Of a DNA stretch of 64,000 nt, positions 18,870-28,264 are shown one piece after another. Each line of letters begins with the position of its first letter. The first letter of the stretch is position 1. The notes under the pieces were generated by a model that was not told the origin of the DNA, made no database searches, and worked only from the letters and a program-made list of their open reading frames with translations. The stretch is from Patescibacteria group bacterium (GTDB lineage Bacteria; Patescibacteriota; Patescibacteriia; Magasanikbacterales; GWA2-37-8). The DNA is taken from positions 418,560-482,559 of the forward strand of contig JBAZUP010000001.1 in NCBI GenBank assembly GCA_041661385.1. The letters are read 5' to 3'. The position numbers were made by a program, and so were the translations under genes.

Positions 18870-19469
18870 TTATTCCAAAATTCCGTCAAGATTTACATCG
18901 TATAAAACTTCCTCTTGAATCTGTCGGTATTTAACGATTTCAGCGGGTTTAAACCAGATTGCAATCTCTCGCTCGGCTTCAGCTGGTTGATCTGAACAAT
19001 GAATCAGATTTCTAACCGCTCTTTCACTGCCGCTCGCTAAATCATAAGAATCCAAAGTAAAATCGCCGCGAATTGTACCGACGTCTGAGGTAAGAGGCTC
19101 TGTAGCACCGACAATTTTTTTAACGATACCAACTGCCGAAGCGCCTTCCCAAACCATTGCTACAACCGGACCACAAGACATAAAATTAACCAATTGGCGA
19201 ATTATATCCTTGCCGTATTCAAGCGCTGGTTTGTCTACCGGGAGACCGGCGAGCTTGCGACCACTAATAGTTTTAGTTCCTTTCGCTTCAAACCAAACAT
19301 CATCTTTATTATAATGAACCCAGAGTCTTTCCTCGTCGGCAACAAAAAATTTCATGGCGACCAGCTTAAGACCGGTGCGTTCAAATCTTTTTATTACCTC
19401 ACCGACTAGCGAACGCTGTACGCCATCGGGTTTGATTATTACGAATGTTCGTTCTTTTTTTGGATGCAT
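18870..19469 (-). CDS. ndk: Nucleoside diphosphate kinase with C-terminal extension
   Basis: FVIIKPDGVQR and NLIHCSD (NxxHxSD) motifs. 199 aa against a typical ~140. Confidence 0.9.
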   Translation of the reverse strand: MHPKKERTFVIIKPDGVQRSLVGEVIKRFERTGLKLVAMKFFVADEERLWVHYNKDDVWFEAKGTKTISGRKLAGLPVDKPALEYGKDIIRQLVNFMSCGPVVAMVWEGASAVGIVKKIVGATEPLTSDVGTIRGDFTLDSYDLASGSERAVRNLIHCSDQPAEAEREIAIWFKPAEIVKYRQIQEEVLYDVNLDGILE

Positions 19470-19516
19470 AAATATATATTAAAGTAGGCCTAGTATAGCA
19501 AAACCACCCCTCCCCG

Positions 19517-19873
19517 TCAATACAAAACCGAGAATCGAAAATTTAGTTTTTTATCCTTTCGGTTTACAACCACCATCAAACTAACCGGAATAAGTCCGAC
19601 ATTTCGAAGCCCTCGGCGTGAACAATAATGTAAAATTGTTTTATGAATTTTACGGCGTTTTTCACGGGTGACCGAAAGGTCATTTGCCATTGGGCCGGCC
19701 GAACGGGTTTTAACTTCAACAAAATAAAAATCGCTGTCTTTTTTGGCAACGATATCTATTTCTCCAACCGAAGCATTATAATTATTTTCAATAACCTGAA
19801 ATCCTTGTCGAACCAGAAATTTTGCGGCTTGTTCTTCGCCCCATTTACCGATCCCAGCGACTACCCTCCCCAT
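19517..19873 (-). CDS. yraN: YraN family (UPF0102) endonuclease
   Basis: GEEQAAKFLVRQGFQVIENNY...GEIDIVA...FVEVKTR matches the YraN signature. Confidence 0.75.
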   Translation of the reverse strand: MGRVVAGIGKWGEEQAAKFLVRQGFQVIENNYNASVGEIDIVAKKDSDFYFVEVKTRSAGPMANDLSVTREKRRKIHKTILHYCSRRGLRNVGLIPVSLMVVVNRKDKKLNFRFSVLY

Positions 19874-19887
19874 AGCAAAATATTTTT

Positions 19888-20283
19888 TTACGGAAGATAT
19901 TTTTCAATACGGGCTTTTTCGGCCTGTTCTGCCTTTACTTTCGGCACGCGCAAAATAACATATTTTAAAATAACACCAAGCCAAATGACAAATACCACAC
20001 CCCAAGCAAGAAACCAAACTCTATAACCCAACAGAGGCACGCTTTGCTGGCGGAAGAAAAATAAAACTAAACCGGCAATTCCCATTGAGGAAAATAAATC
20101 ACCAAATTTATCCAAGATTTTTTTATTCACACCATTTTTTACAAATTTTTCAGCAATCAAACAACCAAGGCCCACTCCTGCCAAAACTATAAGGCTAACT
20201 AACCAAAAATAATAAACATTTCGGACAGCGATTACCGGTTGTTTGAACCAATATGTTGAATAAAACAAATTCGAGAATTTCAT
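19888..20283 (-). CDS. Hypothetical membrane protein
   Basis: 131 aa with 3-4 TM helices. No recognised motif. Confidence 0.4.
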   Translation of the reverse strand: MKFSNLFYSTYWFKQPVIAVRNVYYFWLVSLIVLAGVGLGCLIAEKFVKNGVNKKILDKFGDLFSSMGIAGLVLFFFRQQSVPLLGYRVWFLAWGVVFVIWLGVILKYVILRVPKVKAEQAEKARIEKYLP

Positions 20284-20298
20284 ACTGACATTAAATAA

Positions 20299-20850
20299 TT
20301 AATACATTTTCTTAAAAATAGCGCAAAAATGATAATCTCCGACAACCACATTTTCTTGAAATGCGAGACCGGCCTTGCCGGCCGCCTCGTGTAAATCGGT
20401 CTCAGAAACCATTTGATCGGGAGTTGGACCAAGTGGTCCAAGTTTTTTTGACCAATCAACTACCACCGCATAACCATCTTTTTGAAGCAGGCGGGCCGCT
20501 TCTTTTAAAACTAACGTTTTATCTTTTACCAAAAACAGGATATTCACCATAAAACATGCATCCAAGCATTTTTCTGGAATTGGAGTTTTACCAATTGATT
20601 CAACATCAGACCAAATTGCCTGAACATTTCCGTATCCTTCGGCGCGACAGCGGCTTTTAATACTTTCTAAAATATCTTTTATAATTTCAACCGCATAGAC
20701 CACGCCTTGATCCCCGACAACTTTTGAAGCAGAAAAAACAAAATGACCAGTGCGACCACAACCTAAATCGGCTACCCGCATTCCGGGAGCTAAGTGAATT
20801 TTTTCGAATATGACTTCGGGGTTGATAAGCGCCCCACCAGAATGTGCCAT
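20299..20850 (-). CDS. Class I SAM-dependent methyltransferase
   Basis: Motif I VADLGCGRTG and an acidic motif II. Confidence 0.65.
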   Translation of the reverse strand: MAHSGGALINPEVIFEKIHLAPGMRVADLGCGRTGHFVFSASKVVGDQGVVYAVEIIKDILESIKSRCRAEGYGNVQAIWSDVESIGKTPIPEKCLDACFMVNILFLVKDKTLVLKEAARLLQKDGYAVVVDWSKKLGPLGPTPDQMVSETDLHEAAGKAGLAFQENVVVGDYHFCAIFKKMY

Positions 20851-20863
20851 GCAGTTTGTTAAA

Positions 20864-21106
20864 TTATTTAATTATCAATCTGCCGACTGTTGCTTGCATC
20901 AAGCCATCTTCCATATTAAAGATAAGCAAGAAAGCTATAAATATTCCAGCCAAACCCATAAGTTTATACATGAGCCTGCTGCCGCCTTCGGTGCCAAGGT
21001 GTGTTTCTGCCCAATCGTTGGTGCCAAAATTTTGTATTAGCCATTCGGTCTTTATGACCATGGCAAAACCAACCGCCAAGAGTAAAAAACCTATAGTATA
21101 TCGCAT
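20864..21106 (-). CDS. Small two-TM membrane protein (hypothetical)
   Basis: 80 aa with two hydrophobic helices. Preceded by a long structured 5' region. Confidence 0.4.
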   Translation of the reverse strand: MRYTIGFLLLAVGFAMVIKTEWLIQNFGTNDWAETHLGTEGGSRLMYKLMGLAGIFIAFLLIFNMEDGLMQATVGRLIIK

Positions 21107-21169
21107 AAATTTCTAAATAAAACTGCTAGAAATATACCATGATTACCCGAATGTGACAAGATATATTAT

Positions 21170-21290
21170 CTATTACAGATTCGAACTCGTCGCTGCGCTC
21201 CTCTCACGAAAACCTTCGGGTTTTCGTGGGCTTTCCTCAGCAAGAGAAAACTCCCGTTTTCTCCCTTTCCCGTTCAAATCTTCCTGCTAC
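21170..21290 (-). promoter_or_regulatory. Structured 5' leader / possible riboswitch-like element upstream of the small membrane protein gene
   Basis: Two perfect stem-loops with GNRA-like loops: GAGAAAAC-GGGA-GUUUUCUC and CACGAAAACC-CGAA-GGUUUUCGUG. A TTCGAAT T-loop-like element is also present but there is no tRNA fold. Confidence 0.3.
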
Positions 21291-21330
21291 AACACAAAAC
21301 AAATACAGACCGTAAGGTCTGTATTTGTTT
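21291..21330. terminator. Perfect 17-bp hairpin terminator downstream of tRNA-Leu
   Basis: caaaacaaatacagacc-gtaa-ggtctgtatttgttttg. Confidence 0.6.
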
Positions 21331-21331
21331 T

Positions 21332-21415
21332 GTGCCCAGGAGAAGATTCGAACTTCCATTCCCTTACGGGAGCTACCACCTCAAGGTAGTGCGTCTACCA
21401 ATTTCGCCACCTGGG
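21332..21415 (-). tRNA. tRNA-Leu (anticodon GAG), class II long variable arm
   Basis: Reverse complement reads GCCCAGG-TG-GCGAAATTGGTAGACGC-A-CTACC-TTGAGGT-GGTAG-(long arm)-GGAAG-TTCGAAT-CTTCC-CCTGGGC-A. The anticodon loop UUGAGGU gives GAG. Confidence 0.8.
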
Positions 21416-21507
21416 CATTATCTAAATTTACTTCAGCTTATGAACCAATTTCGCCCCGCCTGCAATGACTTGCGTCATAGCATGTCGGGCAGGCACCTGG
21501 GCATGAT

Positions 21508-22272
21508 TTAAAATTTACGATCCCGTCCGACTATCATATCAATCTTGCCTTGCGCCAATCTGATCTTCACTTTAATTTCTTTAGTTTTTTTACCATCAGC
21601 CTCCACCACAAACGGTTCTTCACCGGTAATTTCCATTTCTTCGAATGGAAAAATACTTGGATCCTCATAGTTATAGCCGAAGAAGCGGGCTTTTGTCAAG
21701 GGCCGAAGGAACGCTTCTAGCTTACCATCTTGAGGGTGAACGACTTCTAAATCCTTATCTTTTTTGTTTCGTTTCCAAAAAAACGGCTGAAGATTGCATA
21801 CTATGATTTCCATCTTGTCGGACGCGGTAACCTTAAAACGTTCATCATAAGCGACACTAACCTCGGCCGGGTGAACATGCAACTGAGAGATAAAATAACG
21901 GTTGTTTACCCAACCCACGTCTAATCGCTCCTTACGGCGGCGGGACAAAACATCACAAGCCTCCACCCCAACTGGAATACCAAGAACTCCGGCGATGGTG
22001 TTGTTTCCGCCAACCGGCAAGAACCCAAAAGTACACGGAACAGTCGCCGCACGCGATAAAACCTGCCCTAAAGTGGCATCATTCCCTACCACAACAATAG
22101 TTTTTGCTCCTCTTTTTACCTCGTCCTCAATGACAGTTTTCGCATCGGTATAATTATTGATACGCAAAATTTTTCCGGCGATGCCGAAATCGGTTAAACT
22201 AATCTCCATCGCCCTAACTAGCGATGTAAATTTTTTATGACGAAGAAAATTATCGTAGATGTAGACATACAT
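21508..22272 (-). CDS. Diacylglycerol-kinase-catalytic-domain family lipid kinase (YegS/BmrU-like)
   Basis: IVVVGNDATLGQVL corresponds to the GGDGT loop. C-terminal beta-sandwich region. 254 aa. Confidence 0.6.
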   Translation of the reverse strand: MYVYIYDNFLRHKKFTSLVRAMEISLTDFGIAGKILRINNYTDAKTVIEDEVKRGAKTIVVVGNDATLGQVLSRAATVPCTFGFLPVGGNNTIAGVLGIPVGVEACDVLSRRRKERLDVGWVNNRYFISQLHVHPAEVSVAYDERFKVTASDKMEIIVCNLQPFFWKRNKKDKDLEVVHPQDGKLEAFLRPLTKARFFGYNYEDPSIFPFEEMEITGEEPFVVEADGKKTKEIKVKIRLAQGKIDMIVGRDRKF

Positions 22273-22292
22273 AACCGGAAACTGAAAAGTGA

Positions 22293-22775
22293 CTAAGCGA
22301 GCGGAACAACCATTGTTTCATCGGATTTTTTAATTGGCATTCTTGCATTGCGCGCCGCTTTTACCTCCGCTTCTAACCCAGCCATCCAAACCTTGCCGCA
22401 AATAAGCGCGCCAGCTTCTATAATTAAAGTTTTTACTTCGATATCACCAAGCACCTTCGCGGTACCAGTGAGCTCCAAAACTTCTTTTACTTTCATGTTA
22501 CCTTTTACTTCTCCGGCAATTTTGGCACTGCCGGCACGGACGTTGGCCAAAATCTTTGCTCCCTGCTCAACCGAAAGGTGCCGACTGGTATGAACGCTTC
22601 CTGCAACCGAACCTTTTACAATGATATTTCCTTCGGAAGCAAAATCACCTTCAACATTTACCGACGGACCAACTACTGTTTCTACTTCATCATGAGCAGC
22701 AGCAGAAGCTTCGGCGGCGGCGCGATTTAACTCCAAATCGTTATTGGATCTAGTCGGGGTTTTTTGGAAAATCAT
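22293..22775 (-). CDS. Bactofilin (polymer-forming cytoskeletal protein)
   Basis: Repetitive beta-helix segments (VNVEGDFASEGNIIVKGSVAGSV..., GEVKGNMKV..., VLGDIEVKTLIIEAGA) typical of the bactofilin/DUF583 domain. Confidence 0.8.
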   Translation of the reverse strand: MIFQKTPTRSNNDLELNRAAAEASAAAHDEVETVVGPSVNVEGDFASEGNIIVKGSVAGSVHTSRHLSVEQGAKILANVRAGSAKIAGEVKGNMKVKEVLELTGTAKVLGDIEVKTLIIEAGALICGKVWMAGLEAEVKAARNARMPIKKSDETMVVPLA

Positions 22776-22856
22776 ATGTAAAATTAATATTTCTTTATTT
22801 ACTAATTATAACACACCCTTTAAAAAATTAAAAACCTATCTGAGTCAAAAATGTGT

Positions 22857-24482
22857 TCATACTTGGTGAACCGGAATCCAAAAACCAAATTCACTCCCCT
22901 TGCCGAGACCCGGGCTGTGCGCCCAAACTCGGCCGTGATGCGATTCAATAAATTTGGCACAAACGAACAAACCCAAACCAGTTCCATTTACATTCACTCC
23001 TTTTACATTGTTTCCACGGTAAAATTTTTGGAAGAAATTTGCTTCATCGATCTTTTCAAAACCCAAACCTCCATCTTTAACTCTAATCGAAACCCCATCG
23101 CCTTCGCTAATCGCTTCAACTTTTATAACTCCTACATCACAATATTTAATTGCATTGTCTATAAAATTAAATACTACGTGACGAATCTTTTCTTCATCAA
23201 ATATTACTTTGGCCAACTCCGGCGCTCGGTTCCAAACCAAAGTTAAATTCTTTTGTTTGGCTTTAACATCCAGTTCCTTCACAGCGCTATCAATTACATC
23301 ATTTATATCATGCGGGGCAAAATCATATTTTGTCCTACCTTGTTCAAGACGAGTAATATCAAGGAAACTATCTACCAATTTAACTAAGTGACCGTTACTT
23401 TCGTCAATATTTTTATATACTTCAGCCGCTTCTTTGGTAACTCCGCCATAAGCGCCATCTTTCAAAAGCTCAATATAGCCATTGGTAATGGATAATGGGG
23501 TGCGAAGCTGATGCGCGGCAATGGATAAAAAGTCGGTTTTTTGACGGTCTAACTCTTTAAGCTGGATGTTAGCAGTCTGGAGCTGACTGGTAAGTGCCTG
23601 CAGACGCTCACGTTGTTCTACCTCTTTTCGGACGCTTCTTATCAATAATAGCCCCGAGCTTAAAATTAATAAAAATACAAAAAATTTATAAATTCTTATT
23701 ATTAATGTTTCTGCACTAACTACTTCAACTAATACTGGAAATGCTAAAATAAAAACCAAAACTTCCGTTGAAATAATTTTTATATCTAAAAGATGGTATT
23801 TGATAATAGCAAAGGAAGTGAGGAGAATAAATGGAAAATAAAAAACTGATCCATATACTATAAAGTGCGAATTTGAAAAAAGTGCTGGCAACAAAAAATT
23901 AAAGAATATCACTAAAATAAAGGTTATAATAGTTCCAATTAATACGAGAAACAACGCCACACGTTTGCGTTTTTCTTTGGTGGTAATTATTTTTCTTATA
24001 AAAACAATTATACTTGCCAACACAAAACCTGCAGAAAACAAACCAAATAATAAAATTGCCGGTCCGTTTTCAATTTTCGTTATAATACCGTTAGAAGAAA
24101 CTGCTATTGCTCTCTTAAAAACAGCGGGCGTTAAGGTAAGAAGGGAGACCACGACGGTAATTGGAAATAGTAATAATTTATACAATCGAGAAAATTCATA
24201 ATTTGTTTCAGGAAAAACTAAAAAAAACTGGAATAAAAAGTAGACTTGCCATAAAGCAAAAAATATTACAAGTCGCAATACCCACAAACCAATTTCCGGT
24301 ATAAAAACATGATAGCTTAGATAATTGAGCGCACCCCAGATGCTAACCATTATAATAAAAAAGAAAAACGATTTACTGGTAATACTTTTCCGATCGCTCA
24401 AAAAAACAATCGCACCTAAAAGAAGCGATACTAAGACCGTCAAACCTACAGATAACAAATCAAGATTACCTAATATATCCAT
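22857..24482 (-). CDS. Sensor histidine kinase with N-terminal 7TM (7TMR-DISM-like) sensor and C-terminal HisKA+HATPase_c
   Basis: About eight hydrophobic helices, a coiled-coil, H-box LSIAAHQLRTPL, N/G boxes (VFNFIDNAIKY; DGGLGF; GTGLGL). Confidence 0.8.
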   Translation of the reverse strand: MDILGNLDLLSVGLTVLVSLLLGAIVFLSDRKSITSKSFFFFIIMVSIWGALNYLSYHVFIPEIGLWVLRLVIFFALWQVYFLFQFFLVFPETNYEFSRLYKLLLFPITVVVSLLTLTPAVFKRAIAVSSNGIITKIENGPAILLFGLFSAGFVLASIIVFIRKIITTKEKRKRVALFLVLIGTIITFILVIFFNFLLPALFSNSHFIVYGSVFYFPFILLTSFAIIKYHLLDIKIISTEVLVFILAFPVLVEVVSAETLIIRIYKFFVFLLILSSGLLLIRSVRKEVEQRERLQALTSQLQTANIQLKELDRQKTDFLSIAAHQLRTPLSITNGYIELLKDGAYGGVTKEAAEVYKNIDESNGHLVKLVDSFLDITRLEQGRTKYDFAPHDINDVIDSAVKELDVKAKQKNLTLVWNRAPELAKVIFDEEKIRHVVFNFIDNAIKYCDVGVIKVEAISEGDGVSIRVKDGGLGFEKIDEANFFQKFYRGNNVKGVNVNGTGLGLFVCAKFIESHHGRVWAHSPGLGKGSEFGFWIPVHQV

Positions 24483-24488
24483 AATATA

Positions 24489-25559
24489 TTATATGGCTGA
24501 TTCATAAGAAACAGACGGCGCAAGCCGTGAAGACGTAGCGGAGGGCGGACTAGCTTTTCCAACTCTAAGAATAAACAACGTATTTTTTTTACCGGCATCG
24601 CATTGAAAACAAATATCTTGATATGAATCTTTAATCATCTGTTGCTGGCTTACACTAATTTCTTCCGTTGCTTGCCCTTTTACCCGTTGGTATAAAAATA
24701 ACACGCCAGTTATAGGATGTGCAGAAACACCTTCTGCAGTACAGGCAAGCCAGACTCGTTGTAACGACCTACCAAGGGCAATAAAATCCTCTGGAGTGTC
24801 TCTTTCGGACAAAAATGCAACAAATGACGGGCTGGCTTGAAATAATTTGGCATTATCCTCGGCAATTTTTTTGGTAATTCCCAATTTATTAATAATTTTC
24901 ATTATCGGCCAAAAACTGGCAATCCGAAAAGCTATTTCCTGAGGTTTGGGCATTTCTAATGTCTTCACATAGAGTCCACTCTTCTTTTGTTTTTCGTCTT
25001 CTTCCGACCAAATAATATGTTTAAAAAAGAAACTGTGAATTACTTTAGTAGTTAGAACCGTCATTTCATTAGTAACCGAAGCAAGGCTTATTTTTTTTAT
25101 TTTTTTCTCATCGTCTATAAATTTTACTTCAATTCCAAGCTCACTATTGGCACTTAAAATTCTATCTTTTGTTTCGGGAGGAATTGATTCATTCCTATAT
25201 GGAAGCCTGTTGGTCACCCGTTTATCGACATATTTTGCGAAAACATCAGCATTAACCCCAGGATTTGTGACAAAAGTAACAATAGCAATCAACTCATTAT
25301 GACTGCCTTTTGGAAAAAGTTTAATTTGACACTCGTAGCCATTCTCACTAGCTATAATGCAAATATTTTCAAGCAACGCCCCATGCGCAACATGAGAACC
25401 GCATTGCTTGTAATTGTAAAATGGTAAATCTTTTTCTGGGTAATTATAAACAAAAAGGTCATCATTGCTAACCGAAAAATGCCAAGGCTGCGAATTGTCC
25501 CCCGAGGGAGCATAAACAGCTTTTGCTAAAATTTTTTCAATTACCTCCCTACTAATCAT
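24489..25559 (-). CDS. Nitroreductase-superfamily flavoenzyme, two-lobed (SagB/McbC-like dehydrogenase candidate)
   Basis: N-terminal APSGDNSQPWHF (nitroreductase SxxNxQPW motif). 356 aa, about twice a canonical nitroreductase, with a second NTR-like half (SPSFVAFL...LACTAEGVSAHPI). Overlaps the ThiF-like gene by 4 nt. Confidence 0.6.
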   Translation of the reverse strand: MISREVIEKILAKAVYAPSGDNSQPWHFSVSNDDLFVYNYPEKDLPFYNYKQCGSHVAHGALLENICIIASENGYECQIKLFPKGSHNELIAIVTFVTNPGVNADVFAKYVDKRVTNRLPYRNESIPPETKDRILSANSELGIEVKFIDDEKKIKKISLASVTNEMTVLTTKVIHSFFFKHIIWSEEDEKQKKSGLYVKTLEMPKPQEIAFRIASFWPIMKIINKLGITKKIAEDNAKLFQASPSFVAFLSERDTPEDFIALGRSLQRVWLACTAEGVSAHPITGVLFLYQRVKGQATEEISVSQQQMIKDSYQDICFQCDAGKKNTLFILRVGKASPPSATSSRLAPSVSYESAI

Positions 25560-26698
25560 ATACCTATGATTTGAAGAAACTTTTTAGTGTCTTTTAACCG
25601 TCGATTTTTATTTTTAGCATAATCCGCATCCAAAACTGCCTCCAAATTTATTTCGTACCGACCAGATTTGTAATTTTTATAACCATTTACTATATTCCGT
25701 GCCAAAAAAGCCAATGCGGTACCACACAAGTTGGCGGCGGTTCCCAGCTGAGGCCAAGAATATAAAGTTTTACCGACTTCCAAAACTGACTGCTGCATGC
25801 GGGTCGTGGCTATTTCTGCGCCGGCAATCCTAGCGGCAATACGCGGCAACTCACGCGGATCGATCGTTTTTAAATCATTTGATGTAATATTCATAGCTTT
25901 ACCGTTAAAAAGCGCAAGATTTGGTTGCAGGTCATACCGCTCAATGTCGATAAAGATATTGTCACCGTTGTCGGTTGCCATAATTACTGGAATTTTTTTA
26001 ATCTTTGCAATCTCTCGAATTTTAAATTTATAAAAAGGATTGTCCATTTCTTCAATCAATAAGTCTGCTCCTTTTAAGAAACTTTCAATATTTTTTTCGC
26101 TGATACCCTCATCATACAATTCCAACTTAATATATGGGTTTAATTCATATAATTGACGGGCGACCAGATGAGACTTGTCTTCCCCGATATTTTGCACTCC
26201 GGTTCGGACGCGATTAAGATTTGAACCGGACAACACGTCTAAATCAGCAATTTTAAATCTACGAGCACCACCGTTCATGACAATCGTTGAAGCAGCGTGA
26301 CTTCCTACACTCAAGCCAGCCAAAGCAATGGTTGCCTCATAAAATGCCTTCTGCTCTTTCTTGGTTATAAGATTACAATTTCGGCCGGTACGCATTTCAA
26401 AAAAATCTACTTCTTCTAAAACATGAAAAACAACGCTTAGCCATGGGAAGAAAAACCAATTTCCGCATTGCGACAAATCAGTTTGGTTTTTTTTATAATC
26501 ACTCACGAATTTTTCAAAATCTTTTTTATATTCTTTAATAAATCTGAACTTCGGATTTCGCAATAAAAACAAATCCTCAAGCTGAGTCATATATTCGTCC
26601 TTTACAACCAGACCCGGATACTCTTTCTTTATCTCCACTAATTCCTTCTTAAGTGTCTTTTTGTCGAGCTGCCGAGGTTTAATAAAAATATTTTTCAT
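25556..26698 (-). CDS. ThiF/MoeB/E1-like (HesA/MccB/PaaA-type) adenylyltransferase-fold enzyme
   Basis: Rossmann-type nucleotide-binding region ALAGLSVGSHAASTIVMNGGARRFKIADLDVLSGSNLNRV (E1 GxGxxG...D.D...NL.RQ pattern). 380 aa with an N-terminal extension. Confidence 0.7.
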   Translation of the reverse strand: MKNIFIKPRQLDKKTLKKELVEIKKEYPGLVVKDEYMTQLEDLFLLRNPKFRFIKEYKKDFEKFVSDYKKNQTDLSQCGNWFFFPWLSVVFHVLEEVDFFEMRTGRNCNLITKKEQKAFYEATIALAGLSVGSHAASTIVMNGGARRFKIADLDVLSGSNLNRVRTGVQNIGEDKSHLVARQLYELNPYIKLELYDEGISEKNIESFLKGADLLIEEMDNPFYKFKIREIAKIKKIPVIMATDNGDNIFIDIERYDLQPNLALFNGKAMNITSNDLKTIDPRELPRIAARIAGAEIATTRMQQSVLEVGKTLYSWPQLGTAANLCGTALAFLARNIVNGYKNYKSGRYEINLEAVLDADYAKNKNRRLKDTKKFLQIIGI

Positions 26699-26705
26699 AT
26701 ATTAA

Positions 26706-28256
26706 TTATGTCTTTTTTACCCATCGTTGTTTTGTGGCGGCGGCAAAATACGCAGTGTCCCCCTTCAGTCGCAAGTCCAGCTCCGGATGCGCTTTCATCT
26801 TGATGGTTTGGAAAAGGTGGTTATATTCAGAATTCTTTTTTCTAAGCGTCTCAATGATAATTTTTTGAATAAATCCTTCCATTGCTTTGTCGGGCTTGAT
26901 ATTTGTCTGTAATTCAATATGAATTAATAAACGTTGCTGTTGATCTTTTTTTAAATTTACAGTTTCCATTACAAATTTACCCGTACACAATTTACTTAAT
27001 TCCTTTGTTTCTAGTGCCATTTTTATATTTTCAGGATAAATATTCAAACCGTATAGTGTAACAGTAAAATCGGAACGGCCATATAAATACACAAAGGGTA
27101 AATGCCACATGAGTTGTCCGCCAACTAACTCACGTACTTTTTTAATATCATAACCGCCTGCTTTGAGTAATTCAATCATTTTTTCATAACTCAAAATATT
27201 TCCCCGGTCATGAATATTATACTTCAACAGCGGTATTTCTGTATTAAAAGAAGAAAAAATTAGTTCGTCATTTTCAATCTGAATATATTTAAAGAATGGA
27301 TAATACTGATTAAGTGACGGCGCATAACCTTCGCCAAATATTTTTTTACAAAGTTCCGCATTGTTTCCTACAGCTTTTCTTAATAAAATACTAAGCGGTA
27401 CCTCATGCCCCATCAGCGCTGCGTCAGCGGTACCATAAAGATTTACCGACGAGGTATAATAATTTGATTTTTTAATGCCAACTTTTTCATAAATATACGA
27501 TCTGAGGGTCTCACTTAATGATTCAGAAGCAAAAACAAACTTAATAACCTTGCTTTTCCAGTCTATTCCCCGCCTCTCCCCTTCATCCACGATATCTCTA
27601 ACAAAAGGCGGATATCCGCCTATTATTATTTGTTCAAACTCGCCGCCCATTTTTTCAACTATTCTTAAAATTTCTTCCTGGTTAATTCCTGGGGTAATAA
27701 TGGTTAGCGGCAAACCCTTTTGTGCTAAACGCATGCAACAATTTAGTGTAAAGGTGCCACCGATATAAATACCCATCGAAAAACCATTTATAAATAATGT
27801 TTTTCTTTTATTCGCACCAAGTATGTGTTTAATGAAAAACTCATAAAGATACGATGTTTCAGCTTCAACATTAAATGACCTCGGCCAGAAAAATGGTTGC
27901 CCTGATGAGCCTGAACTCGCCGAAATAATCGGCGCTTTCATTTTTCCGTCCCAGCAAAGATCAGATAATTTGTACTTTTTTAAATAATTTTCTTTATCTA
28001 CCCAGGGAACATGTTTAAGATCATCGATTTTTTTTATTTTATGATGATTTATTTTATTCTTCTTTAAGAAATCACGATATGCCGGAACCCTTTCCGCCAT
28101 TTGGTGAAATTGTTTTAAGGCCTTTTCAGCTCCGATTTTTTCATACATCGCCGGGTTATTTTCGGCAAAACCCTCAACTAAAAAATCTGAGTTCGTACTA
28201 AAAAAATCATTTAGACTTAAGCTACTATCGGAAAATAATTTTTTCTGATTAACCAT
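26706..28256 (-). CDS. PaaK / coenzyme F390 synthetase / CapK-like adenylate-forming enzyme
   Basis: ISASSGSSGQPFFWPRS corresponds to the PaaK-family SSGTTG P-loop. 516 aa with an overall ANL-like two-domain layout. Confidence 0.65.
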   Translation of the reverse strand: MVNQKKLFSDSSLSLNDFFSTNSDFLVEGFAENNPAMYEKIGAEKALKQFHQMAERVPAYRDFLKKNKINHHKIKKIDDLKHVPWVDKENYLKKYKLSDLCWDGKMKAPIISASSGSSGQPFFWPRSFNVEAETSYLYEFFIKHILGANKRKTLFINGFSMGIYIGGTFTLNCCMRLAQKGLPLTIITPGINQEEILRIVEKMGGEFEQIIIGGYPPFVRDIVDEGERRGIDWKSKVIKFVFASESLSETLRSYIYEKVGIKKSNYYTSSVNLYGTADAALMGHEVPLSILLRKAVGNNAELCKKIFGEGYAPSLNQYYPFFKYIQIENDELIFSSFNTEIPLLKYNIHDRGNILSYEKMIELLKAGGYDIKKVRELVGGQLMWHLPFVYLYGRSDFTVTLYGLNIYPENIKMALETKELSKLCTGKFVMETVNLKKDQQQRLLIHIELQTNIKPDKAMEGFIQKIIIETLRKKNSEYNHLFQTIKMKAHPELDLRLKGDTAYFAAATKQRWVKKT

Positions 28257-28264
28257 AAAATAAT

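Noticed and set aside
21176-21200. Second tRNA suggested by a GAGTTCGAATC T-loop-like sequence
   Set aside because: The flanking 5-nt segments do not pair into a T-stem (ACGAG vs CTGTA). No acceptor stem or anticodon arm can be built. It is treated as part of a structured leader instead.
21153-21389. 78-aa plus-strand ORF
   Set aside because: It overlaps tRNA-Leu and the structured leader/terminator hairpins, so it is a spurious frame.
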